From Balanoglossus misakiensis (Eukaryota; Animalia; Hemichordata): DNA of 64,000 nucleotides. The notes under the pieces were generated by a model. The model saw nothing but the letters and a program-made list of their open reading frames with translations, was not told where the DNA came from and searched no databases. Both the position numbers and the translations under genes were made by a program. Where the stretch lies: positions 12,396,415 to 12,460,414 of the forward strand of contig CM082582.2 of the NCBI GenBank assembly GCA_040954595.2, written 5' to 3'. This document shows, one piece after another, positions 1 through 13,149 of this stretch (position 1 is the first letter of the stretch; each line of letters begins with the position of its first letter).

Positions 1-3000
1 CATTTGAGTGCTCTGTGCCAATGGCGTTGGGATTTCACTTTGTGACACTTCATCCCCCTCAGTTGTGTTGTCAGGTGACCTGTCAGGTGACCAACACCAA
101 TCTTCTATCAGCTGACTAGAGGAACTGTTGGAAGACTTCAAAAGACTTGATTGATCTAAAAACAAAAGATTGAAGTAACAGAGGTTCAACTTGGTGTAAC
201 AGACAGGCAAGAACTAATAGCCAGTCAAAGCACATAAAATTTGTTCATTAACATGTGTGTTCCTATGGGGTTTAGACACATTATAGCCAGTCACATGATG
301 AGTTCAGGAGAGCATTTTATCTTCTTCTCTGGCTTCTATCAACTTTCTGGACATACCTGAACTTAGCTGAGTTAACATGGCAAGGTGACAGCTTTCTAAA
401 AATTCTGCCGGATCAGAAGCCTGGAGAGATGAAAGATGGTCGTATTAATCCACAGTTCCTCCATCAATACAGTGCAGGACTATGGTTAATCCAAGTGTGT
501 GAATTGATCCAATGTACATTGGAAGCAAGAATTGAATTGAAACAGGCTTGAGTTATTGTGTAGACATTCACAGTTTCAAGTATGATTTGATTTCGAGCAA
601 GAAGTCCTCTACTTGAGTTGTCAGTTGATGGCTGTATGGCGCGACTATGAATATGAACCACAATGACTCAGTTTGTATTGATTGAATTCTCAAATTGAAG
701 ACAACTGACAGCCTTACCTGTGAAAAAGACATTAAACCAGACCCTGAACACAAAGACTCTTCAGGATTTTCTCTGCTGGCAGACTCAGAACTAGTATTAC
801 TATTGACAAGTTCTGGTGAAGGAGGGCAGTAATCTTCTTTCCACTCTAAGCGAACATACAACAAACACAAACGAGATAAGCTAAGACAGATATGATCTGA
901 TGTTGGTAAACATCGACTATAAACCTTGAAAATAACAGAAGGGGGCACACTTTAACAAAGTACATAACTTGCACTTGCTGCTTGGGGAAACAGCAATCAT
1001 TAGAACCTACACTGAGTTTAGCAAATTTTACCCACCAGAAGTGCCATTTTATAAAGTGCTTGAAAATGTCAAATTTCATTGTCAGGTTTTCTTGGTTGTA
1101 CAATTTTCCTTACCTTCAATGTTGTTTAACTCTTCAAGCATATCCTGCGGAATCTCGAAGTCAGCATAATCCAACTGATCCTGTAAAATGAACAATAGTT
1201 CAATCTTAGTTCACTTTTCAGCTACAATAGAGATCATAATATACTTTGCTTTCCCTACTTTCAAACATTAAACAACATAGCACCAGTCATATGTGCCTAT
1301 AAGACATTTCAAAGTGTGATCTCACCTCTGTTGGATCTGGAGTCAAGGCACCACTACACACATCAGAGCTGAGTTCAGTTGATTGTTCGCTTTCAGAATT
1401 GTTTTCTTCGGCATAAGACATAACTATTTTGTCGTCATACAGCTTCTCTGTCAACTTTATGACTCCAGAAAGTTGAGACTGTTCTACTGTGTTCTCAGAA
1501 AAAGAGAACTCACATGTAGTGTTTTTCTGTCCTAGTCTGAAATGCAGTAAAGATTTATGCACAGTTTGAAAATTAATATTTCACTGGAACATCATGCTTT
1601 GCATTGGGGCTGCTGTTTTCTATTCACTTTTTACTGTAACAATGACACAAACAAAACAAGTACCTTCCAGAAATAATAGTACTATTATTCTGTATTGCTG
1701 AGTCTAAACTCTTTAGAGACCTTACATAACAAGAAATTCCAACCTTGTTTGAAACAATACGAACATTGGCAGACTCACTAATGCTATTCGTTTCAACTTT
1801 CCAACAAATGTTTCCAGGATAACAAAAGATTCACAATTGCACAGGGACAAAACAAAGCCTTAGCTTTCACTAACTAGATTTTCAAAAAATAATTGCAAGT
1901 ACAATGTACAATCAATTGACATTTCTCATTTCAACATTACCTCCTTCTCCACAAAGTCGTCATTCTGTTTTTAATTCTTGGCACATCCATAATCTTTGAA
2001 GGGTTGTTAGAACATTTCTTCTTTTCTTTCATATACCACAGTGCAATTTCGTTGATGTAAAGGACAAACACACTCTCAGACTGAAGAGGAACATTAATCA
2101 CAGATATTTAACTGCAAATGCAAAAGTACTCTTGATCTATCATTGTTATTGTGGAGAACATTAAAAAAACTCGCAGTATAAATGGGTAGTTTTTTAAAGA
2201 ACAGACTAAAAACATTAAGTAGAAAGGTCTACTCACCACATTTGTTTCTAACATTGGACGTACTTTATACTTTTTCAAAATAATTACAGAGTTTTGGAGA
2301 TCCTTATAGAAATCTGTATCTTCCTCTCTGAAAAAAATATAAATTTTAGGTGCCTTTCTGTTCAGTATATACATGTATATTACCAGGGTAGAACATTTAT
2401 ATCCCACATACAACTACGTGCAGATTGTATAAAGTTGACAACAAAGTTAAGGGCGCTTAATAAAGTTATGTAGTACTCAGGCAATCGCTGTTATCTCACT
2501 GTTGATGCTGTTTTACTTACTCTTCATATGCAGCAAAGCATTCCTTGGAAAAGATGGCATTTATAATGATATCACCATCTGTCATCATACCTGTACCACC
2601 CACGTGCATCTCATCAGTAATATCTGATGCAGAAAACTGAAATAAAGTAAGAGTATGTGAACTGACTAGTGCATATTTTTGTGACATTACATACACTTCT
2701 GGGAGTGGGCTGCCAAAATCAGCACCACAAAGTTATAAACAACATTACAACCTTAAATTATTCATTGCTCATGATGAGGAAGAAACTGTAGTGAGAAGTG
2801 TCTTCATTAAACCTTTCATCCCCAGTTCCCTCTTTAGAGGTCCAACCTTACCATAGAAAACAATGGGTTTGGACTGAACCATGGGGGTGAAAGGGTTAAT
2901 TTAATGACATGTACATGTGTGCAAGGAAGTATCCAATAATACTCACACTTAGCAACCAGGCAATGTTTGTTTGATCTATTTCATCTTCATAACAATTAAA

Positions 3001-3054
3001 TGGTATCTTTGCTACTAACGCTTCAATCCATGGCTCAGTCAAGTGTTCGTCCAT
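1..3054 (-). CDS. ACD: TPP1/ACD-like shelterin subunit (Est3/TPP1 OB fold plus S/T/E-rich region), 3'-partial
   Basis: Phase-consistent GT-AG exons 3054-2947, 2636-2521, 2327-2237, 2080-1941, 1536-1326, 1180-1114, 845-718, 420-357, 155-<1. Translation MDEHLTEPWIEALVAKIPF...GMMTDGDIIINAIFSKECFAAYEEEEDTDFYKDLQNSVIILKKYKV...SESVFVLYINEIALW aligns by eye with the recalled human TPP1 OB fold (LRPWIRELIL; VSDGTHSVRCLVTREAL..WEEKE; GRLLLLQD; AEFYLQVDRF). The head-to-head position with par-6 matches human ACD/PARD6A. Confidence 0.8.
2807..2899. mobile_element. Short piggyBac-like MITE remnant in an ACD-like intron
   Basis: TTAA at both ends. Left TTAAACCTTTCATCCCC is an imperfect inverted repeat of right GGGGTGAAAGGGTTAA. 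Confidence 0.55.
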
Positions 3055-3499
3055 TCTGAGTTAACTGCAAAATAAACAAGACAATACAGTGTGTAGTTGT
3101 GCACTTTGATAACTTTCTGTATTAGTGTATATTAATTTATACTTTCATATTCACATACAGACTGTCAACATGTAGAGATGTGGATGAAGCACAATTAATA
3201 CATTGATGTTTATAACAAAATAACAGCTACTGCCATTTCATTGTCAGTAGCTATAGTATAGTGAAACTGACACGCCCACCAAAGGACTAAACAACTTTTC
3301 CTTCATTCCTTACTAGACAGAACTGTTGTTGGAGGTCACATTGAGGTTTGTTATTGGGTGCAGCTCCAAAACCTTCTTGTGTGCCACCGTTTGGGCGACA
3401 AAAGAATTTATCAGGAGCACACAACTTTGGCAATACCCTTTACATGATTGTTTTGTAATTTGTAAACATTGTCATTATCACTACACATGTTATGTGACC

Positions 3500-4040
3500 T
3501 TGCCAGTCACTGTGACACACGAATCTCCCACGGGGCGAACGCGATTTTGCGTAAATCCTTATGAACGTCGTCCTAACTTGCCTTAATGGTTTCCACCAAC
3601 CAATCCGTGTGTTTTATCACGCAATCGTCACTAACATCGCCATTTATTCTACCAAGAAGTGGAATCTACAACTTCTACTGACTTGTTTTGACCGCCATTG
3701 CATACCCAGCATACATTGCGATTAGACGCGGGTCGGTGTCCATGACGATAAGTGTTAATAAGGTGTCAAAACACTTTATAGGTTTTCATACAAAATCTTA
3801 AGCAAACTGATATTAAAGATTACTTTTCTACCAAGAATTACGATTTACAAAATTTTCACAAACATGTTCTCTTTTAAATTTCCAAAACGAGGCATACCGG
3901 AAATAGGGCCTCCCGTGACGTCATTATTTCTGTCGAGTGGTGTTCAATTTTTACGCCCGAGTTCGCGGCTGGAAGTATTCAAAATTTATGACGAATATCC
4001 TACATTAACTCATGATCACGGAACTTCCTTGATATTACCA
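3500..4040. promoter_or_regulatory. Putative bidirectional promoter, ACD-like / par-6
   Basis: CpG-rich stretch between divergent genes. It contains YY1-like CGCCAT motifs (~3638, ~3693), ETS-like CCGGAA (~3897) and a perfect CRE TGACGTCA (~3916). Confidence 0.5.
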
Positions 4041-7000
4041 TGTCTGTAGAAGTGAATACGTTCAAGTATGAAGCTCCGGGAAGTGGATTTGTGGAAACCA
4101 AAAGTAAAGTAAGTAACATTTACATTCGGTAGTTCAGATTGCTGTCTGTCTTTACATGCTGAGCTGGGTGTGTGCGTGCGAGACACCCATCGCCCAGCGC
4201 CAAGAATACTTATACTTCTTGAAGGTGCAGTAGCCGACGCAGAAATCTGATCAGTGTGATAGTTGCTTACTGATTTTGCCACACACAATTCCCAGCAACT
4301 GACTTGTATTCAACGAAACCAATCATATCCGATCGCTTGACTGTGAGTTGTAGCAAAGTTGCTGCCTACGTCACCCCATCCAAAACATACTAGTATGTAC
4401 TGTTTCAGTTTGGGCGGCGAAGTTGATTAACGAAGCATGACTTACGGTCAATGTCATCATCAATCCATCGTGGCACTTGTTAACTATGCGCGCAAATGAA
4501 TCAACTGTACAATGCAACTTAGATAATCACTTCGCCAACTCTCCCAATCATTGATAATTGATCAACCCACTGCAAGGTTGGAATTCCTAAAAGCTGACTG
4601 GGTCATGTAAAGCCTTTTTTATGGAATAATTGTTGACACACCTGACCTATTGTGTTGCAGTGTTGACATCGATAGGCCAAGGTCTGCATTACCTACAGGA
4701 CATTTGAAATGAAATCCAAAAAGAGCAACTGATTTCAACATATGAGTGAGACTCAGTCAGATGGCTGAGAATGAAAACAATCACAGAAATCAAACAAGCC
4801 TTTGGTCAGGAGAAAGTAATTGACTTAATCCAGGAAGAGTTAATGTTTTGTAGATAATTCTTTGAGTGATCTGTAGGACAGTTGTCACCAGGAACTTTAA
4901 ATGCCACTAAAATTAATTGAATGTACGATGCTGCTTCCATCAACTAGAAATTGGGGTCAGAGGTGAAACAGACGCATGTGTCATGAAGTATGCAATGGAG
5001 AAAATTTCCTGTGTACAGTTTCAAACAACCTCCTTTGTTTGAGTCAATCAGCACTTTGGTTTCAAGTTAAATCCAGGAAACATACATTCATTTATCTATT
5101 TATGTATTTTTTTTCCAGTTTGAAGCTGAATTCCGAAGGTTTGGGCTGGATCCGAAAAACTTAGACACATTTGAAGACTTTTATACATTTCTGGAGAAGA
5201 TCCACAATTTGCAGGACATTGCATTTACAATTGCCTACTCAGATCCACAGAATGACCTGCTGCCAATCAACAATGATGACAACTACCACAAAGCAATAAT
5301 GACAGCTAAACCGTTGCTACGGTTACATGTTATGCGCAGAGGTAATACCCCTCATATTATGCATAATTTTTCTGCAGTTTTCAAGTCATTTGTGATAGGG
5401 AAAATATGGCTTTCTTTGACATTAGTGTTTCCTATAAGAATTGCTGCATGGTTGAATTTTACTTAAACATTACACAGACTTGATAACATACCAAGCATGT
5501 CATGCTGTCAAGTGCCGTGCATAACCAAGAAATGAATCTGGTAACCTAGATTCCGGTTTCAAATTGTCTGATTAGATTAACTTTCATGTATGCTCCAAAG
5601 TGCAGTCAACATTAAGACATTAATTAACATAACTAGATTGTCTTAAAAGTTGAGACTTTCCAAGTCCAGCAGCAGTTTCATCTGTTACTTGGAAATTGTC
5701 ATCAAGGTCATCTGTAATTGTACTCGATTGCCCTCAGTCATGTATGCATGTTTCTATAAAAGAATTCTGCCTGTGAAATCACTCATATCCAACATTCCAT
5801 GTATTGTTCTACTGCACTGCGCTGTATACTTGCACCTAACAGAGCAAGACCAGGCATTCAGTTTGGAGGATTTCAATTTCAAAGCATGCCAAAATGTCTT
5901 GATCTCTGACCTGCTATGTGTGGGCACCAATCACACTTTCCTTATCAATTATTGTCCCATAATGGTCCCTTTGTTTTAGCTAAGAGTTTATTATTCCAGG
6001 GCAATGACCTGGGTGATTTTGACCACAGGGAGGGAAATTCATCAGCTATCTGTTGACTGGGGGCATTGTTGCTGGCAGTCATTTCAATAATACTGACCTT
6101 TCCATTATTTTTCTCCATTCAGAAAATTACAAGTCTGGTGCTAATAAAATCAAATGGCATAAATTGCTTGTCAAGATTAGTGTAAACCAAACTCAATCTA
6201 TAGACTCAACCCTGGTCCAGTGTATGAAGACATCTTGACTGTAACTTTTAACATGCCCAGACAAGTTTCAGTGTTGAATGTTTGTATGTACACTGGAAAT
6301 GTATCTCAAAGAACATGTGTTAACAGGAGTGAGATTATTTACTTGTTACACAAACAGAGAGGAACAAGTAGTTTGATTTTTAATTGTTTCTGCACCTGAC
6401 ATCCTGTGTATGAATGAAGTAGACTAAACATATTTCTTGTTGCATCAATGTGCTATCATGCTGACAAACCAGTGTTGCTTTGTCTGTCAATACAGTGGCT
6501 GGGCGGAAACAAAGTCAAAGTGGTCCTGTGTGTAATTACACATTCTTTGGAAGACATGTCTTTACTGAATGGTCTTGGTATTATGCAGGGTAACAGATCA
6601 CCTGATTCTGCCACCAAATTGCCAACTGTAAAACATGTAAAATATTGTTTTATTGTTGTGAGCCTTGATAGGTGTTATACTGTAGGATTTATCATAACAA
6701 TTTATCAATCATTTTGTTTGTAGGTGATATAAAAGAATTGGAACACTTTGGCTCAACCAAGAAGAAAAATCGCCTGAGTGCATACTTAGGAAATAATCCC
6801 CCCAGGAAACAAGGCATGGCAATAAGTATGCCTGAAGATTTCCGTCGTGTGTCAGCGATCATTGATGTGGACATTGTACCAGAAACGCATCGACGAGTGC
6901 GATTACACAAACATGGCTCAGACAAACCGTTGGGGTTTTATATACGAGATGGCACAAGTGTCCGAGTGACTCCGCATGGGTTAGAGAAAGTGCCAGGTAT

Positions 7001-7406
7001 TTTCATATCAAGACTTGTGCCTGGCGGACTAGCAGAAGGCACGGGACTTGTGGCGGTTAACGATGAGGTTTTGGAAGTGAATGGAATTGAAGTTGCTGGG
7101 AAAACACTAGATCAAGTGACTGACATGATGGTTGCAAACAGTTCAAATCTGATCATCACAGTGAAGCCTGTCAATCAGAGGAATAATTTAACCCCTCGAC
7201 ACGCTCGGAGGGGCTCACTGGACAGAAACTCAATGATCTCGGCTGGATCAGGACTTTCAGTCCAGACCAATGAGGAAGGGTCTGTGAATAGTGATGATGA
7301 GGATATAATACAAGATGTAGTGGACAATGTGAAAGATGTAGTAGACAATGGACAAGAACAAGAGCAGAACAAAACTGATGAAGACAGTGCTGTGTACACG
7401 TTGTAG
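4040..7406 (+). CDS. PARD6: Partitioning defective 6 (PB1, semi-CRIB, PDZ), ~324 aa
   Basis: Exons 4040-4108 (MSVEV...FVETKSK), 5119-5341 (FEAEFRRF...[11 protein letters not shown]), 6724-7406 ([28 protein letters not shown]...[10 protein letters not shown]...[12 protein letters not shown]). Phases are consistent and the protein ends in VYTL. Confidence 0.97.
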
Positions 7407-9574
7407 ATAAACAAGAACCAAACCCACAAACCAACAAATCAATCAACTGAAGAAAAGACCCATTCCCCTTAATTAACAACATCTCAGAATCATCCTGCAG
7501 TTGTCACAGTGGGCCAGTCTATTTTTGCCAAGAACACAGGCTGCATAGATTTAGAAATTGCAAATGAGAAGAACTGAGATTGCCAAATTTCACAGTAGCA
7601 CCACATCAGCTACATGTACGCGTTCATTGCAGGAGAAGATCGCCAGTCTCCATCTTATGTGAGGAAAGATACAAGTATTCAAAAACTTCATCAATCCATG
7701 TTTGGTGATGTCTATTGTACGGATACCTTGACAATGACATCAGTCTTTTTTATGTCTCAGTCAAAAAGCTTTTGGTAAAAAGACAATTTGCAATAACTAT
7801 CTTTTTACATGTTGTATAGTAACAAACCAAGTTTTGGGGTGCTTTGGTTATGGGTTATAGGTCATAGTTCATAGGTCATTTAAGCATAGCAGTAGAAATA
7901 ACACACAAGTGTGGCTTTGAATAAGCTAATAGGTATCCTGAATTACAATAGTGGTGTTCCGATTTTTAATCATGTATTTCAAAAATGTTCAAAAATTATT
8001 GGAAAGAAATTTTTGTCAAATTTTATATTCTTACTGTAGTATTTTTATAAGCCATAGTGCCTTAGAAAGAGAATGATAAAAATGTAAATATGAGTAATTT
8101 TTGATACACTGATAATTCTGAAGAAGAAAAAAATTCTTAAGTGGTTGTCCACTGTGGCTTGTGTTGTCAGCAACAATGAAGTATGGGGATAAATTGAAAA
8201 CTAGGCTTTTTAATACTGATATACCAGTACATTTGGTTGTGTGAATTTCACTGCATATCAAACCCCTCATTCCATGTAGGTTGTCTGTCGACCTGGGCAG
8301 TGACATGACACATACATTTTCAGGCCTTGAAATTATGGAATGCCAAAACTGACAAGCTGTTCAAGTATCAGATTTAGGGTTAGGGATTTTCAAGTACAGT
8401 GTGTCCCAAGTGCTGTCCACATTTCACGCACTGGCCCAATACATTCTCATACACACAACCTACTACCAACTCTACAGTATTTTTACTGAGATTTTTATGG
8501 AGTTGGTCAAATTTTAATACCAGAAGTCTGCTTTGTCAAACAAACAGACATCAGATATTTTCATAAAAATTTCAGCATGTTCAGTGGTTTTGTTAAGGGC
8601 GGTACCTGTAACTTTCACTTTTCCGTATTCCATCGATCATATCATATCAATAGAATTGTGGTTTCTTATATTTCAATCTGATATTGCTTACTTTAGCCAT
8701 GATTGGGATGTTATGATTTCAGGACATTATTTTTTTTTCAAGTACATGTATTAAACGATTTTGTCCAGTTAATAATTCAAATCTGGGAATATAATGCTGG
8801 GAACAATATTTTTTCCAAAATTGTATCATACCCTCTGTACAGTCATTTTAAGAGTTATAATCCGTTTCCTGACAGATCGGGTACTTAAATTCATATTTAT
8901 TTCGACTCTTAAACTATTTAGCATTTTTTCTGTTTGCATCTTTGTGCTTCAGCCTAGCAACTATGGAATTTAAGATCTGTTCAACCTGTCAAATTTGGTA
9001 TAGTGCTTTGCACACAATACAGCCAGTCCCCTTTGGTGCATGTTAGGAGAATAAGAAAGTTACCCTTCATAAGGTGATGACAGCTATTCTGATAGTTCTT
9101 CATCGACAAAAAAGTTAATAAATAATTTCCAAAGGTAGTTGTGGTATAAAATTACAAAACGTGCTATGTCAAATATTCCTGGCATGTGTATCATGTTTGA
9201 TCAGTAACATTTCTAATCAATAATCGCAATGCATGTGTGAAATATTTGTATTGTCACATTCAACACTACCACCAAATCTGATATCAGCACTTTTTTTGTT
9301 TACTTTAAGCAAATCTAATTCCTGGTCAATAAATTATTGTTCTTATCCTCTTGTAACTACCAAGTTGACAGCAGTTATGCAAATTAACTGCATACCATTC
9401 TCGGCAATACAACACTCATTTCACAATTAAATCTTATCCACGTGTTGCTACAGTAGAAGGGTCGTCATTTTCTAATATCAAGAATTACTCCAAGAGGCTT
9501 TGGTTTCTTTTTTATGTCAACAAATATTTTTATTCAGTCTGATATTTATATTCTCATCCCAATGTTGTCAAGTC

Positions 9575-9604
9575 CATTCATTCATTCATTCATTCATTCA
9601 TTCA
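9575..9604. repeat. (CATT)n microsatellite
   Basis: About 7 copies of CATT, probably in the par-6 3' UTR; AATAAA signals follow at ~9690 and ~9763. Confidence 0.9.
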
Positions 9605-10027
9605 AATAATATCAGTCCGTGGATATTTTATATTTCCTTCAGGTGGTACACATGTTATTAATGTTTTGGTAAAATAACATTTTTGTATTAATAAATCTTT
9701 GAACATACATACATGGGTGAGGAATCAGATTTGTGATAAATATTTTATACATCTCTGTTAATTAATAAATTTACACGAAAGTAACAGCTTCAGTGATCAA
9801 GACAACCTGCATAGTATGCAAATCATTTGTCATTTTGGACTCTTGAACGAAAGTTGCCAGTGAATAATTGTGTTTCTCTTTGGTTTTAATTTGTCGGGAA
9901 TTGTTTCTTGAGTCTTTCTTATCTGTATCCATGTCCAAGAAAATCCGTAAATATAAATTGACAAAGGGAATTCTCTCTGCATTCCATTGTATGATTCTTT
10001 GCACCAAGTGTTGCAATGTTTATCTTC

Positions 10028-10154
10028 CGGTGTGCCCTCTAACAAGTGTTATTCCTCAAACCCCAATTTGAGCAATTGTAGAAATGTTTTTTTTCTTGCA
10101 TCAGCGCATGACACATGAATAATTTGCTGGCATATTGGCTTAGAGGGCACACTG
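10028..10154. mobile_element. Possible small MITE with 15-bp terminal inverted repeats
   Basis: CGGTGTGCCCTCTAA (10028-10042) versus TTAGAGGGCACACTG (10140-10154), one mismatch. No clear TSD. Confidence 0.4.
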
Positions 10155-10891
10155 TATCAGTGGTGCATTACATTGGCTAAGAGGACAACTGTCCTCAAAG
10201 GGATCAGGCCAGTTGTCAAATGGTTTCACTTTTCATATTCTTTCAAGCTGTAAGTGTTCAACAAATCTTTTCTAAATAACTTGCTGGAATTCTGTCATGA
10301 ACTCAAGATGGCCAAAATGTTACTGACTTTTCACGTAAATAAAAATGTACCAATGCTAGGCTCTTTATTTTTTAATTGCTGTTTTTTATGCGATGAATTT
10401 TGTGAGATGAGAGAAAGTGTGTGTGTGTGTGGATGACAGTAAGAGGATGTGAGACAGTTGGAAATATAGTGGTAGAATCTCTTGTCTCCATGGAGACATA
10501 TTTTGGTGTGGCCCATGTTGTAAATATAAATACACCATTCTCAGCAAACTGTCATCAGCTGTAATGCTGTTGCATTTTATTCACATATTCATCTGTAGTA
10601 CAAAATAGACATCTGAAGAATTGCTAGTCTAATTGTCTAAAATCAAGTCATTAATTGCCCTAAAATTTATGAAAATAATGTCTGAAGCTTTCACACTTAT
10701 AAACAAAAGTGATCATTTCACACTAGTTTGTTTGCATTGTTTTAAAACTCATTTCAATGTATATCTAGTCAGTGCGCTACAGTTTATACATACTACCTGG
10801 CTAATACTATTTGATGTTTTCCACTTTCTAGGTAAAATTCCTGGTACCTGTATATAATTTAATGGATACAGGCAGATCAAACCACGGGAAA

Positions 10892-12948
10892 CTACGTTGA
10901 TGGCATGGTATTGAAAATGTCCATTTCTTTCCGTAGCCTCAGCAAATCAAAAGATTTATCATCTGGACTAAGTGGACCTGGAGAGCGTCCTCTAGAACCC
11001 CCATACTGAGGCCTGGCTGCACGCCCTCCTTTCCCTTGTTTTTGGTCTTTAAGCCAAGCATCGTATGATTTCTCTTTCTCGACAACAGCTCTCTTTTCTT
11101 CTTCTTGTTTGACTTTCTGTGCTTGCAGCTGCATCTTCTTCTTCTCTCTAATCTTTCTCTCTGTTTCTTTTTTCTTGGCAAGCCAGAGTTCATATGTCTT
11201 TTCCCGCTCTCGTTTCTGTTCTTCTTCCTTCATTTGTTTTCTGAGAATGGAAAAGAAAATAGTCTCAATGAATGTATCTGCTGTTCTATAAGCGACTTGA
11301 GTGAAATTTGTGCAAATTCTTAATGCAGATAGCCTCAGTAAATGTGAAACATTTCAGACATAAACGATATCTGAGGCTGTAAGTGATGCTTTTATAGGAA
11401 CAGAAAACTTACAGCTCTTCTTTACTCAGTTGTCTTTGTTCTTTTCCTGTACTTCTCTGAGAGGCAGCACTGCTGTCTCTGCTGTAATAACTGCCATCTT
11501 TTTCCGGTTTGACAATTCCTTCCTCCAGTTGGAATGTTAATTCCCTGGCCACCTTTTCCCCATCATTCCCGTTCTCCATCGCCTCGTCATCATTTCCCAT
11601 CAAACTCTTCTGTTGATCGCCCTCTACAGTTGGCGGCCGTGAGTCTCTCTTGGGAGAACTGAGATGGGTACCGGAGAACTCATCCGGAGGTAAAATCTGC
11701 GCTGTGTATAATTGACCCTTATCACCCTTGATCCATGTTGGAGTCTTTGAGTCAAATATTTGGTGGGCCATTCGTTTTCCATCGTTCTTAATAGGTTTCT
11801 GTTTGGCAGCTCTTTGCTGCCATTGGTAGAGAAATATTTGTCTTTCACAAGATTTATGCCCCCACTCTGCAGCTATTGTGAGGGGTGTCCTACCATTGAT
11901 ATCAGGGTCATCAATTTTAGCTCCCCTGTTCAACAATATTTCAACACAGTTATTTTTGCCCTGTGCAGCGGCTACATGTAATGCTGTTCTTCCGTTGGGT
12001 GTCTTGGCAGTCACATCAGCACCTGTTTTTTTTCAAATCAGAAAACAATAATGTCATCAAAAACAAATGGTAACGAAATGTCACATTCGAACAAACAAAG
12101 CTTCTGATTCCACATACCTGCATCAATAAGCTTTGTGACTAGGTGTGTGTTTCCCCTGTGAGAAGCAATACACAATGCAATGAACGCTCTCTCACTGATC
12201 CAGGCAGCTCGTTGTCGCTGATGCATTCTCTCTGAGTTGGGTGTACTGTATGTGGTGTTTTGTGTTACACCAAGTGCAAACACCTGTGAAATGAATCAAT
12301 AATATAAATGTACATTATGTATAAAGACAAAATAAATTCTTGTGTGGTTGCAATGTTTTTGACCACAGTAAGAGAATTGAACACTGGTCAAGAAACTGCT
12401 TTCCTCTGTTGAATCACATAGAGGGGATATGGGTTGTGTTGTGTTTTGGCGTGGCATGGTGTGGTGTTAGAAAAGCTGATTACCTTTTCAGGATTTCCTT
12501 CTGCAACAGCCTCTACCAAAGATTTCCACATATTCCAAATATCCAGGAAGATAGTGGCAGAAGGTACAATGTCATGATACTTGATATCAGTCTCATCTGT
12601 CATGTCACCTGTTGATGGAAATTTACATCAAGCATTTATGTCGAGATCACTTTGGAAACCGACACAAGTGTGTACTCATATGAGCTCCATTGAAAGCCAA
12701 CATCAAAATGTCATTATATGGCAAAAACGGAAAGCCTTACCATCATCAAGGTAATTCAGTCTTTGCAAATGGCTCGGTATCCCAGCAACAAATTCCAGTA
12801 GTGCTTTTAGTTCTCGTATTTTCATATCATTATGAATTTTCTTCAGAGGAAATCTTTCATTTGTGAAGCACTTCACAGTCAGGTTGAACAGTTTCTCCTT
12901 TGGCAGCTGCTTTTTTCCCTTTCCTGTCCTTCCGGTTTTACTCGCCAT
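10892..12948 (-). CDS. ANKRD60: ANKRD60-like protein (ubiquitin-like domain, ankyrin repeats, K/E-rich tail), ~485 aa
   Basis: Phase-consistent exons 12948-12741, 12608-12484, 12283-12118, 12022-11413, 11240-10892. UBL region MKIRELKALLEFVAGIPSHLQRLNYLDDG; RAFIALCIASHRGN; ankyrin repeats TPNGRTALHVAA and GRTPLTIAAEWGH. Confidence 0.85.
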
Positions 12949-13149
12949 GTTGACGCCTCTCGTCTAAGTTCTATTCACAGCAGAACACGATCAAATAGCA
13001 AACCACTAGATCAGGGGCAATGGAACATGTAGACTACTAGAACATCGGTGATCATACTCAAATTTCACCTGGTCTCTATGGACAACAACCAGTGTCACTG
13101 TCAAGTCGCTTCGAGTTGTCCAGATCGGCACATGTCACTGGAAATCGCT

